A stretch of 64,000 bases of DNA from a virus (IMGVR_UViG_3300033149_003588:10460-74459); one strand, 5' to 3'; positions 39,743 through 48,196 are shown, counted from the first letter of the stretch. A program made the numbers and translations. The notes: generated by a model not told the origin, from the letters alone.

Positions 39743-40368
39743 TCCTCCATCTTTCTATATGATTTTTTAAACTTGCGTTTTCTTATCCATTTTTTATAGG
39801 CTGCTTTAGCTTTATTTATATACCCGTGCGGTACTACATCATCCTTATATGTGCCAGAATTATAACCATCAAATATATCATCTATACTTTTAGGATTATA
39901 CTTAAGCACCCTGTTATTCAAAAACTTAATCACATAAATAATGGCAATCTCATCATTATCTAGTTCCTCTGGTGTGCCACGAAATCCTAATTCCCAGGCA
40001 ACAACAAATAATATTTGCCATGATGAATAGCTTTTTGCAGCGGCTCTTCCGAACCTCTTCACTAAATCTCGAACTTGTTTAGATTTCTTATAATAATACC
40101 CACCTTTATAATATGATTTTTCAAAAAGTGGCTTTGTATTTTTACCATAATTGCTTTCGACGCATGCTATAGCCTTCAATAATATCTCTGGATCAACATT
40201 GATTCTTTTCAAATTTCTTAGATGTGGGGCATATTCCTCAATTAGCAACCCCAGTCTATTCTGCCTGGTTGTTGCTGCTACCCACCGTCGCATTTTTATA
40301 GTTTCAAGCATTTTATTTAAATTCCAGTGCAATATAATATATCTCCATGTTTCGACAATAACATTCAA
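39739..40368 (-). CDS. Endolysin, lysozyme/transglycosylase-like fold
   Basis: LLKAIACVESNYG (catalytic Glu), SYSSWQIL, AWELGF, YNSG motifs; basic tail; start may lie downstream. Confidence 0.8.
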   Translation of the reverse strand: MNVIVETWRYIILHWNLNKMLETIKMRRWVAATTRQNRLGLLIEEYAPHLRNLKRINVDPEILLKAIACVESNYGKNTKPLFEKSYYKGGYYYKKSKQVRDLVKRFGRAAAKSYSSWQILFVVAWELGFRGTPEELDNDEIAIIYVIKFLNNRVLKYNPKSIDDIFDGYNSGTYKDDVVPHGYINKAKAAYKKWIRKRKFKKSYRKMEE

Positions 40369-40424
40369 ATTATTTTATATCGTAGAATTCTTAAATATGC
40401 CCCACATGTAATCATCTGATTATA

Positions 40425-40859
40425 CTATTTATTTTTCTTCTTGAATGTTTTAGCGCCCTTCTTTAACGTCCCAAACAAATCACTAACTGAGCCCCATGCC
40501 TTTAATACATCTTTAACTGCCTCAACTGCTTCTTGATACTCTTTAATAATGGCTACCCGTTCTTCTTTGGTTATTTTCTTATCTTCAAGTGCTCCTATGG
40601 CTGATACCCCAACCTCTTGAGCTGCAATAATAGCTTCACCAACCTCCTTCATCAGTACACAAACACCAAGAATAATAGTTTTAACCTTGACAAATATTAC
40701 TGCAACAGCGCTAATACCTAGAACAATGGCAATAATCCAATTTATCAGTGACCATTGATCTATTCCTGGTATTAGATCTTCTATACCATCGGCCATGATG
40801 GTAGTCGTCGATACTGTCAATAATAACAATATCATATAAATTAGTGTACTCCATTTCAT
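40425..40859 (-). CDS. Membrane protein, putative holin/lysis protein
   Basis: Hydrophobic N-terminus, TM segment, ALEDKKITKEE motif, basic tail; adjacent to the endolysin gene. Confidence 0.6.
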   Translation of the reverse strand: MKWSTLIYMILLLLTVSTTTIMADGIEDLIPGIDQWSLINWIIAIVLGISAVAVIFVKVKTIILGVCVLMKEVGEAIIAAQEVGVSAIGALEDKKITKEERVAIIKEYQEAVEAVKDVLKAWGSVSDLFGTLKKGAKTFKKKNK

Positions 40860-40873
40860 ATTATCCTTCCTTT

Positions 40874-41503
40874 CTATGGTGTCGATCTCAACATCTCATC
40901 AGAATACGACACATTAAATATTGGCACACCATTTTGGATAGAATTATAAGAAATATCCTTTATTCCAGTAATCCCGCCCAATGCTGTCAAAATAGTAGGT
41001 AATTTAGTTATCAATATAAGATCATTTTTATAGTCAATAGTCTCCGAAATTAATATCTTGGGTACTTCCATTTCAACAATGCCGCCTACATCTACAAATG
41101 ATAATACGCCAATATTCTTGTCAAATCTAGACAATGGCATGGGATCATGAACATTATCTAAAAATGTAGCATCACTACCAATCTCATTTAATGTAAAACT
41201 CCTTATATAACTAATATCAATACTATCATTGCTCTCAACAACCAGACTATAATCATATGTCAAATCCTGTATAAGGGTAGTCGCGCTATCTTCTACTATA
41301 TTAATGGCTTTATCAACAGATAATGCAACCAATTCATCTCTAATTGATTCAATATCAAATATTGTCAGATATCGCATATACCACACAGTTACAACTATAT
41401 TACACGCAACTTGTCTTACAATATTGCCATCTATCGTATGTGTCTCGCTATAGTGGGGCTTTATATACTCAAATTTGTAATATGTTTTACAAGGATTGGC
41501 CAT
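40874..41503 (-). CDS. Hypothetical protein
   Basis: 209-aa ORF within the operon. Confidence 0.65.
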   Translation of the reverse strand: MANPCKTYYKFEYIKPHYSETHTIDGNIVRQVACNIVVTVWYMRYLTIFDIESIRDELVALSVDKAINIVEDSATTLIQDLTYDYSLVVESNDSIDISYIRSFTLNEIGSDATFLDNVHDPMPLSRFDKNIGVLSFVDVGGIVEMEVPKILISETIDYKNDLILITKLPTILTALGGITGIKDISYNSIQNGVPIFNVSYSDEMLRSTP

Positions 41504-41526
41504 TATAATTATGACAACAAAATAAT

Positions 41527-42717
41527 TTACATACTCACCCTATAATCACCATCAGGATATATCCAGCATGCTATTAACCCCTTTGCAGGTGGCGCATAAC
41601 CAAGTTCGCTACCATAACTGTCGAAATAATTTAAAAAAGAACTACAAATGACAATGTATTGTTTTTTAATATCCAACGTAAAATCTATGGGATTTCTCAC
41701 TATTCTATTCTTCTTTTTGTCTGTCGCATCATGCACATGACCACTTAAAAAGAAACAACAATGCTCTGTAAACATTAACGGAGATAATGCCGCATTAAGT
41801 TTGCCCCCTTCAGATCTAGCACTAGAACGACCATGCCAAGCATAAAATGTAAATGTGTGCTCCCCATATATTACATCTATAAATGCTGGTTCTCTGTAAT
41901 AAGGAATTTCTAGTTTGCTAGCTATTACCTCACCCATATCTATGCCAACACTATTTGCCGAACGTCTTTCGTGATTGCCTCTTACATATGCCAATATTTT
42001 ATGTTGTATTGGTGCTAATTTAGATATCATCTGGGCAGCTTGCGCCTGTGGTGACATGGATTGTCTATATACTGAATCTGCAACACTATACTTAGAACTG
42101 TTTTCTATCATGTCCCCCAACAATATTACATACACACCATCCGTATCGGCAATCCATTTTATACTCGTATCAAATAGCTCTTCATCAAAACTCGGTTCAG
42201 CATAGTGGACATCACCAAGTGGTATGATTTTTACTTTATCAAGTTCAAGATCTGAAGATGGTAATTGTACTCTTAAGTATGGGCAATTATCATTTTCATT
42301 AATAAATAATTTAAACTTCCTTGGTATAAAATCTAAATGCTTATTAAATTCCTTGAGTAGTGCAACTACTTTCCCGGTTGATCTAGTATTAAATTTAAAT
42401 ACTTCATATCCAAGTACACTCCCCAATATCTTATCTACTTCTTCTTCATTAATCCCATATTTATTATATAGCGCACGATATGATAATGCCCTTAATTTTG
42501 CCCAGCCAATAAGCGTAGCATGATCTAATTCCTTGACACTTTTTCTGCTAGCTAGCATGCCTCTTATTGGAGTAAGCCCCATCGCCATAGCCTTATTATA
42601 TACAGCGCTAGCTGTTCTTAGGGGTAACATATCTGCAATATTATTCAAAGACAAAATACCCCAATTATCTCTTATTACATTTTCTTCATCTACTGTCCAA
42701 CGTATATTACCAGCCAT
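41527..42717 (-). CDS. Calcineurin-like metallophosphoesterase with N-terminal Myb/HTH-like domain
   Basis: GDVH, GDMIE, GNHE, WHG and GHVH motifs; N-terminal RWTVDEENVIRDNW...IADMLPLRTASAVYNKA. Confidence 0.9.
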   Translation of the reverse strand: MAGNIRWTVDEENVIRDNWGILSLNNIADMLPLRTASAVYNKAMAMGLTPIRGMLASRKSVKELDHATLIGWAKLRALSYRALYNKYGINEEEVDKILGSVLGYEVFKFNTRSTGKVVALLKEFNKHLDFIPRKFKLFINENDNCPYLRVQLPSSDLELDKVKIIPLGDVHYAEPSFDEELFDTSIKWIADTDGVYVILLGDMIENSSKYSVADSVYRQSMSPQAQAAQMISKLAPIQHKILAYVRGNHERRSANSVGIDMGEVIASKLEIPYYREPAFIDVIYGEHTFTFYAWHGRSSARSEGGKLNAALSPLMFTEHCCFFLSGHVHDATDKKKNRIVRNPIDFTLDIKKQYIVICSSFLNYFDSYGSELGYAPPAKGLIACWIYPDGDYRVSM

Positions 42718-43028
42718 TATCCACCTCTTTTAAAAAAATTGAGCAAATTGGCCAATCTACTTTTACCAATTTTGGTAAAATTAGCAGAATGTTTACCACG
42801 CGCGGACTTGACAATAGATTTAAGTCTTTTCCTCATGAATTCCCTAGAATCGAAGATAGTAACATTAGGATGCCTGTACTCATTTTTTAGAAAGCGACCT
42901 TGTTGTAGTAAACCGCCCATCCTGCCCGCGATATTTGACCGCTTTAAAAAATCAAGCCCACTGTCTCTTTCCTGCGTTATCGGAACAGCACAATGGGCAC
43001 CAGAAATATTTACAATGGGCACTAACAT
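42717..43028 (-). CDS. IQE-leader variant small basic protein (MLVPIVNISGAHCAVPITQE)
   Basis: Extended leader with a duplicated VPI; basic cargo. Confidence 0.75.
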   Translation of the reverse strand: MLVPIVNISGAHCAVPITQERDSGLDFLKRSNIAGRMGGLLQQGRFLKNEYRHPNVTIFDSREFMRKRLKSIVKSARGKHSANFTKIGKSRLANLLNFFKRGG

Positions 43029-43045
43029 ATATTATTTACCCACCA

Positions 43046-43384
43046 TTACCCAGACAATATGCCAATCATACTAACTACAATACTTATAGAAATATATAAA
43101 ACCCCAAGCACTATATGAGTTCTCTTTAATACAAATCCTGTTTGCTCTCTCATGGCTTTCATAATATTGAGTTCTAATTTGTTGTTTTCTATTTGATCTC
43201 TTATTATTCTAAACTCGTCATCAATATTCTTCTGTTGACTATTCATAAATTCTTTAACTTCATCAATACTCTTTACCACTGCTCCTATTTCTTTCCACAT
43301 CTTGGTAATAATAATAGCAAGACGGCCCTCAATAAGCTTGCCATCATCATCATAGAGATTACTAAGATTATTATTATCTGCCAT
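43046..43384 (-). CDS. Coiled-coil protein with C-terminal TM helix (holin/XhlA-like)
   Basis: Heptad region followed by IVLGVLYISISIVVSMIGIL. Confidence 0.55.
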   Translation of the reverse strand: MADNNNLSNLYDDDGKLIEGRLAIIITKMWKEIGAVVKSIDEVKEFMNSQQKNIDDEFRIIRDQIENNKLELNIMKAMREQTGFVLKRTHIVLGVLYISISIVVSMIGILSG

Positions 43385-43393
43385 TATCGCTCA

Positions 43394-43681
43394 CTAATAT
43401 TTAAATTTTTTATATGTGTCACTCGATTCCATAATCATCATTGAAATAGAATGTTTTAGTTGTCTTATCGCATCAAGAAAAGCTTGCGGTTCAACCATGG
43501 CTTCAAGATTATAAAATCTTACAATATCTTCACGATTAACATTTTCAAAAATAAATTCTGCCTTATTATTATTTAAAAGAGCCTTCTTAACACCTACATA
43601 TTTGGCCCCGTTCAATAAATATAAATAGGCCGCCAAACAAATATCGCTAGTCGTACCACTATGCTTATCATAATGAGGCAT
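43394..43681 (-). CDS. DUF5659-like phage protein
   Basis: TSDICLAAYL...FIFEN...VEPQAFLDAIRQLK pattern; likely start MPHYDK at 43681 with AGGGG SD (the track start 43756 overlaps the upstream gene). Confidence 0.65.
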   Translation of the reverse strand: MPHYDKHSGTTSDICLAAYLYLLNGAKYVGVKKALLNNNKAEFIFENVNREDIVRFYNLEAMVEPQAFLDAIRQLKHSISMMIMESSDTYKKFKY

Positions 43682-43691
43682 TATTGTGCCC

Positions 43692-43976
43692 CTATTCTTT
43701 CTTGAATGGCCCCAATCCCAGTCTCTTCTGAATGGCTTCTGCCTTTTTATATACATCAGGACGATTATGTTGACGAGCTCTCGTTTTAGCAGCGCTCAAC
43801 ATTCTACTAGATATATTCCCAGCCTTATCACGATAAGGATATTTTCTATCAGATGGTGATAAAAACGAACTAGCAGGCATTTCTCGTCTCACAGCTGGAC
43901 GATGAAGCCATTTCTTCCCTGATAACCTGGCTCTCGTAATTTTTTGCTCTTGTATATTCACAATAGGTATTAACAT
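43692..43976 (-). CDS. IQE-leader protein with DUF6582-like cargo (MLIPIVNIQE)
   Basis: Shared leader; MPASSFLSPSDRKYPY...LSAAKTRARQH resembles the RKYP motif family; GAGGTG SD. Confidence 0.8.
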   Translation of the reverse strand: MLIPIVNIQEQKITRARLSGKKWLHRPAVRREMPASSFLSPSDRKYPYRDKAGNISSRMLSAAKTRARQHNRPDVYKKAEAIQKRLGLGPFKKE

Positions 43977-44029
43977 TAGAAAATCACCTCACTTATACAA
44001 CCATAAAATTAATTTACTTTTCTTTTTCG

Positions 44030-44344
44030 TTATCTATATGGATACACATATGGATATGGACGCATTTGTCTAGACAATTGAGGCTGACTACTCTGTTTCT
44101 TTATAGATCTTTTAGTAGCAATCTTCCCTCCTATCTTATAACCAGTATACCCAGCCAGCGGCACAGTACTAACAGCAGCACCACCCATGACTTTCGCTAA
44201 AACAGGATGTTTTCTCACAAATGTGGTAATCTTAGGCCCTCCCATACGTGCAATAAGCTCACCCATGCCACGCATAGCATGTAATGCTCTACTCCTAAAA
44301 GAACCTATAGGAACTTCTTGAATATGTACAATGGGTATAATCAC
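44030..44344 (-). CDS. IQE-leader small basic protein (MIIPIVHIQE)
   Basis: Shared leader; Gly/Ala hydrophobic stretch; ends RPYPYVYPYR. Confidence 0.8.
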   Translation of the reverse strand: MIIPIVHIQEVPIGSFRSRALHAMRGMGELIARMGGPKITTFVRKHPVLAKVMGGAAVSTVPLAGYTGYKIGGKIATKRSIKKQSSQPQLSRQMRPYPYVYPYR

Positions 44345-44353
44345 TATATAATT

Positions 44354-44704
44354 TTATATTATTTTAAATACTTTATTTTTTCTTTGTTTTTTTCTTAATT
44401 TTTCTATATTTTTTATAGCTCCCACACTGTTTGTGGGAATAGCAGCAATATCATGTGTGTCCACTCCCCTAATCTTTACATCTATAATATGTCTCTTGGG
44501 AATGCGACCCAATAAATAACCTGCCGGACCAGCCCCAAGAACACCAAGTCCTAATACCTTTTTATATTTACGAGTAGTTTTCCCAGAAGCACCCAATGAT
44601 TTTAATATAGCATGCCCCATTTTGCCAGGAATACTGCCAATCCTATTCATAGCTTTTATCTTATTAAATATACTTTCTCTTATGTTGATAACCGGTATAA
44701 ACAT
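44354..44704 (-). CDS. IQE-leader small basic protein (MFIPVINIRE)
   Basis: Shared leader; GLGVLGAGPAGYLLG; ends KVFKII. Confidence 0.8.
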   Translation of the reverse strand: MFIPVINIRESIFNKIKAMNRIGSIPGKMGHAILKSLGASGKTTRKYKKVLGLGVLGAGPAGYLLGRIPKRHIIDVKIRGVDTHDIAAIPTNSVGAIKNIEKLRKKQRKNKVFKII

Positions 44705-44737
44705 ATTAATATAGTTTTCTGTATTTACTACATAAAT

Positions 44738-44965
44738 TTATATTATCTTAAATACTTTCCGTAGTAAATTAAGTTTAGTAGCATTAACACCAAATGGTTT
44801 GGTACTTCCCATTATAGCTCGTGATAATCTTTTACGTATATTTAATCTCTTTGCTGCCTGAGCTAACTGCGCCATTACAAGCGGATCATGAACCCTCGGG
44901 ATAGATTTAGCATAGGTGCCCCCAACCTCTTGTATAATCTTCGCATTTGCTATAGGTATCAACAC
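44738..44965 (-). CDS. IQE-leader small basic protein (MLIPIANAKIIQE)
   Basis: Shared leader with insertion; ends KVFKII; TAGTG overlap. Confidence 0.8.
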   Translation of the reverse strand: MLIPIANAKIIQEVGGTYAKSIPRVHDPLVMAQLAQAAKRLNIRKRLSRAIMGSTKPFGVNATKLNLLRKVFKII

Positions 44966-45309
44966 TATTTCTTTTTCTTTCCTAATTTTTCTCTTATCTT
45001 GGATTCAATTTTATATTTCTCAAGCCCACGCGCGTATTTTGTTTTAAGGTATGGCTGCAAAAGAGCAGAAAGCCCACCCAACGCGCCAGCACCAAAAGTA
45101 GCACCCATAAGACCCCTGGTAATTGCCTTGCTACCTTTGGGACCGAAAAAACCCATTAGACCTCCCACACCACCCAATACGGCACCCCTCTTAAGCCCCG
45201 TATATGCTGCAGTAGGTCTTGTACGTATATATGCTAAACGACGTTTATATTTTTGAATTTGTTTATCAGGATCATCCGCTTCCTGTATATTTACAATTGG
45301 TATAATCAT
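44965..45309 (-). CDS. IQE-leader glycine-zipper basic protein (MIIPIVNIQE)
   Basis: Shared leader; GAVLGGVGGLMG and GATFGAGALGG zippers; TAATG overlap. Confidence 0.82.
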   Translation of the reverse strand: MIIPIVNIQEADDPDKQIQKYKRRLAYIRTRPTAAYTGLKRGAVLGGVGGLMGFFGPKGSKAITRGLMGATFGAGALGGLSALLQPYLKTKYARGLEKYKIESKIREKLGKKKK

Positions 45310-45836
45310 TATACGCTCTTCTTTTTCTTTTTATTTTTTCTAGACAACGCACCTAAACCATAACCAACACCATAACCACTGGCCGCATACCCCGCATAAG
45401 GTATAATAAAACCTAGCATATCATGGGGGTGTTTAGATCGCCACATCCAATTTTTAATTATTCGGGTACCCCTGCCACCATGAACCCTCGTTACATATTT
45501 TTTAATAGCGCTAGCACCACTCTCTTGTACTTTGCCCACCTTCATCGGTATTTTATGCTTACGACGTGTAGGAGACACCTTACGACGAGTCTTACGCGCT
45601 TTACCACCATGATACAAACCACTGAGACCCGCCATAGCAGCAGTATAATGCATTAGCGAACGTGAAAATCGGTCTTGATATGGATAACCCAATATCCACA
45701 AACTACGACGTGGATTAATAGATTTTGTATGTCCTATACTAAAATGCCCAAATAGATCAGGTTTCATAGCAATAGCACGTTTCCCAAATTTATAAAATCT
45801 ACCAGCCTCGCTTATATGCAGAATAGGTATAACCAT
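45309..45836 (-). CDS. IQE-leader two-module basic protein (MVIPILHISE; internal KIPMKVGKVQE)
   Basis: Shared leader; AAGGAG SD; second leader-like motif mid-protein. Confidence 0.8.
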   Translation of the reverse strand: MVIPILHISEAGRFYKFGKRAIAMKPDLFGHFSIGHTKSINPRRSLWILGYPYQDRFSRSLMHYTAAMAGLSGLYHGGKARKTRRKVSPTRRKHKIPMKVGKVQESGASAIKKYVTRVHGGRGTRIIKNWMWRSKHPHDMLGFIIPYAGYAASGYGVGYGLGALSRKNKKKKKSV

Positions 45837-45856
45837 TGTGTGTCTGCTCCTTATTT

Positions 45857-45889
45857 AAAAGGGGTGCCAGATCTTACGCCTGGCACCCC
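45857..45889 (-). terminator. Intrinsic terminator after the capsid genes
   Basis: GGGGTGCCAG-(9 nt)-CTGGCACCCC followed by TTTT on the minus strand. Confidence 0.8.
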
Positions 45890-45959
45890 ATGTATTTCCA
45901 ATTAATATAACCAACCCAGCGCAAGAAGACACAGACTACTAGTCTATATGAAAAATCAT

Positions 45960-46526
45960 CTACTTCTCGCCCTTCTTCTTCCTAATCTTCTTAAGTAGTG
46001 CAGCAGTACCAGCACCAGCACCAGCAAGACCAGTGCCCATAATACCATAACCTACTTTTCTAGGATTCCTAAGCATAGCGTATAGGGGCTTTCTGGTTAA
46101 ATTACCAACACTAAGTCCCGCCCTCTGAACACCACCATAGGCACCACGAGCACCGGCAGTAGCACCTTTGGCTATGCCCGCACCGGCTTTCTTTAGACCA
46201 CCGTAAACACCAGTAGCACCTTTAGCTACACCACGAGCACCGGCGGCAACACCTTTAGCTACACCACGAGCACCAACGGTAGCACCTTTAGCTACACCAC
46301 GAGCACCAACGGTAGCACCTTTAGCTACACCACGAGCACCAGCGGTAGCACCTTTAGCTATAGTTGCGCCGATTTTTCTTAAAAACGTAAGTATATTGGC
46401 ACCGGCAGCTTCTTGAAGTGCTTCAACATCCAATTGACAGCCTGATAGTGATCCCTCCTGGATAACACCATCTTCATCAGCAGTGAACCACGATTCACCT
46501 ATCCTAATAAGATAAACTCTAGACAT
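45960..46526 (-). CDS. G/A/K-rich protein with 11-aa repeats and acidic N-terminal propeptide (putative internal capsid protein)
   Basis: Acidic N-terminus ending ALQE|A, then (AKGATVGARGV)n, a Gly-zipper and a KKIRKKK tail; directly after the major capsid gene; AAGGAGA SD. Confidence 0.75.
   Translation of the reverse strand: MSRVYLIRIGESWFTADEDGVIQEGSLSGCQLDVEALQEAAGANILTFLRKIGATIAKGATAGARGVAKGATVGARGVAKGATVGARGVAKGVAAGARGVAKGATGVYGGLKKAGAGIAKGATAGARGAYGGVQRAGLSVGNLTRKPLYAMLRNPRKVGYGIMGTGLAGAGAGTAALLKKIRKKKGEK
46213..46360. repeat. 33-bp coding tandem repeat, ~4.5 copies
   Basis: GTAGCACCTTTAGCTACACCACGAGCACC(A/G)(A/G)CG-type units starting at 46213, 46246, 46279, 46312 and 46345. Confidence 0.92.
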
Positions 46527-46535
46527 AATCTCTCC

Positions 46536-47630
46536 TTAAGAATTATTAGATCCCTTATACCAGGGGCGATAATCAAGAATTATCTTACCCCAGATGTGAC
46601 GAATTTTATAACGAATTTCATCGCGATTAAAAGCATTACCACTAGTGCTATTCTCAACGTACATCTCCGGTTCCCTATGTCCTCTCAAGAAACCAACTTC
46701 GAGAGTATCATATTGTTTGGGATCTGCTATAAGATACCACTCATCAGAACCCAACCAATTGGAAATTCTAATTTCCAATTTACCACCGATTTGGAAAAAG
46801 TTTGGCTCGTTCGGAGTATGAGTTCTAGCAACACCATCGGTATGATACATGTGCGTGCCAGGATCAATACCAGCAGCTGTAATGGTACCATCGGTAATCG
46901 GAACAGTTCTTGCATTGAGAACTTTTAGGACCCTAACTTCCTGTTCAGGACCAATAAGTAGATACCTCGGTGTCATACCAATAACATTCTCATTACGCAG
47001 GTCTTTCTGTGTTCTTATGGCTTTATAACCATCAGCTAGCTTAGCCTCAGTAATAACATTAACACCAGTATCTACATTACCATGATCTGACGCAAAAAGT
47101 GTCGCACCATCATAAATAGTGGGATTGCCAGTAATATAGGTTATGATGTCTTTATCAAGACTACGCTTGGCGGCCCTGCCCATCTTGATAGGTTGCTGCC
47201 TCAAAACATGTAGGTCGTCATTTATGATACATTCCCATGAGATACCAAAAATGCGCCCGTACTTCTGAACATTATACTTAATCTCTTCTTCGGCGAGTGC
47301 ACTATCTCTATATTCACCGTGCTCAATAACTGCCTCTAGAAGATCAGCTTCACTTACACGTTCCCTGTATTGATCTTTGAAATCATTAACATCATTAATT
47401 GCCGAAGCAAGATCCTGCCATGTGCTAGGGAGTTCCTTGTATTCTTTGAGTAGTTGTTTAAACATCGTATTCCTAAGAATATAAGGAAAATCAGCAGAAC
47501 TTGCAGCTTCTTGCAATAACAGATTGTAATGACCGCGTTCGATCTCATCAAGAGCTATCTCTTGAATAGGAGTCAAATGGCCTTCATTTTCAGCCCTGAA
47601 TTGCGTCGCCCATGTTTTAGGATCGTACAT
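46536..47630 (-). CDS. Major capsid protein (Mu gpT-like, HK97 fold)
   Basis: SSADFP, VNDFK, HGEY, KYGRIFGISWECIINDD, LFASDHGN, PRYLLIGP, WYLIADP, IRYKIRHIWG...DYR motifs. Confidence 0.92.
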   Translation of the reverse strand: MYDPKTWATQFRAENEGHLTPIQEIALDEIERGHYNLLLQEAASSADFPYILRNTMFKQLLKEYKELPSTWQDLASAINDVNDFKDQYRERVSEADLLEAVIEHGEYRDSALAEEEIKYNVQKYGRIFGISWECIINDDLHVLRQQPIKMGRAAKRSLDKDIITYITGNPTIYDGATLFASDHGNVDTGVNVITEAKLADGYKAIRTQKDLRNENVIGMTPRYLLIGPEQEVRVLKVLNARTVPITDGTITAAGIDPGTHMYHTDGVARTHTPNEPNFFQIGGKLEIRISNWLGSDEWYLIADPKQYDTLEVGFLRGHREPEMYVENSTSGNAFNRDEIRYKIRHIWGKIILDYRPWYKGSNNS

Positions 47631-47709
47631 ATCATCCTCCTATGATTTTCTTATATTGTATTGTTTTCTAATTAATAGTGATAATACCCTATCCATATTT
47701 CTTCAAAAT

Positions 47710-47753
47710 TGGCTACCCCACAAGTTTAATGGGCACCTACTATGGGGTAACCA
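47710..47753 (-). terminator. Hairpin between the cement and major capsid genes
   Basis: TGGTTACCCCATAG...TTGTGGGGTAGCCA (about 14 bp with G.U pairs) followed by ATTTT. Confidence 0.5.
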
Positions 47754-47774
47754 TGTTAATAATGTCGAATATAC

Positions 47775-48152
47775 TTAAACCGCCCACTCCCTCAAGAGTA
47801 TGATAGCTTCAGTATCAGCAGTAGTATAAGCAGCCGTAAAGCAACCTATTTCTACACCCGTAGTATTAACAACCTTGCTCTCGCCACTATCCCAATACGC
47901 AGTGCTCCAGGCTGCTACGGTACCAGTATCACTAGTAATAGAACAAGGAAGCGTCCAGCTACCACCACGGTATACTGCGCCAGTATCAGTAATATTGTAT
48001 TCCTGCGAATCCGAACCCTTGGGCAGGATCTTACTCAAAGCAATACCGATTAATTCACCATCTAGCACAAGATCGCCACTATTAATAGTGTCGGTATCGC
48101 TCGGATTAGTATAATCTACAACCCTTCCATCCTTTACTTTAATTTTGGCCAC
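47775..48152 (-). CDS. Capsid cement/decoration protein (DUF2190-like)
   Basis: INSGDLVLDGELIGIAL...GAVYRGGSWTLP...AYWD...IG pattern; between protease and capsid; GGAGG SD with GTG start. Confidence 0.8.
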   Translation of the reverse strand: MAKIKVKDGRVVDYTNPSDTDTINSGDLVLDGELIGIALSKILPKGSDSQEYNITDTGAVYRGGSWTLPCSITSDTGTVAAWSTAYWDSGESKVVNTTGVEIGCFTAAYTTADTEAIILLREWAV

Positions 48153-48196
48153 AATAACCTCCTATTATGATAGTTTCAAGTTCTTGTCACTAATAC

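Noticed and set aside
37774-45836. IQE leaders as RiPP/bacteriocin leaders, Sec signals or pilin signals
   Set aside because: No double-Gly motif, no modifying enzyme or peptidase-ABC exporter in the window, no basic n-region with long h-region, and no G|FxxxE pilin motif. Head-module context and matching protease sites fit capsid targeting better, though this is not formally excluded.
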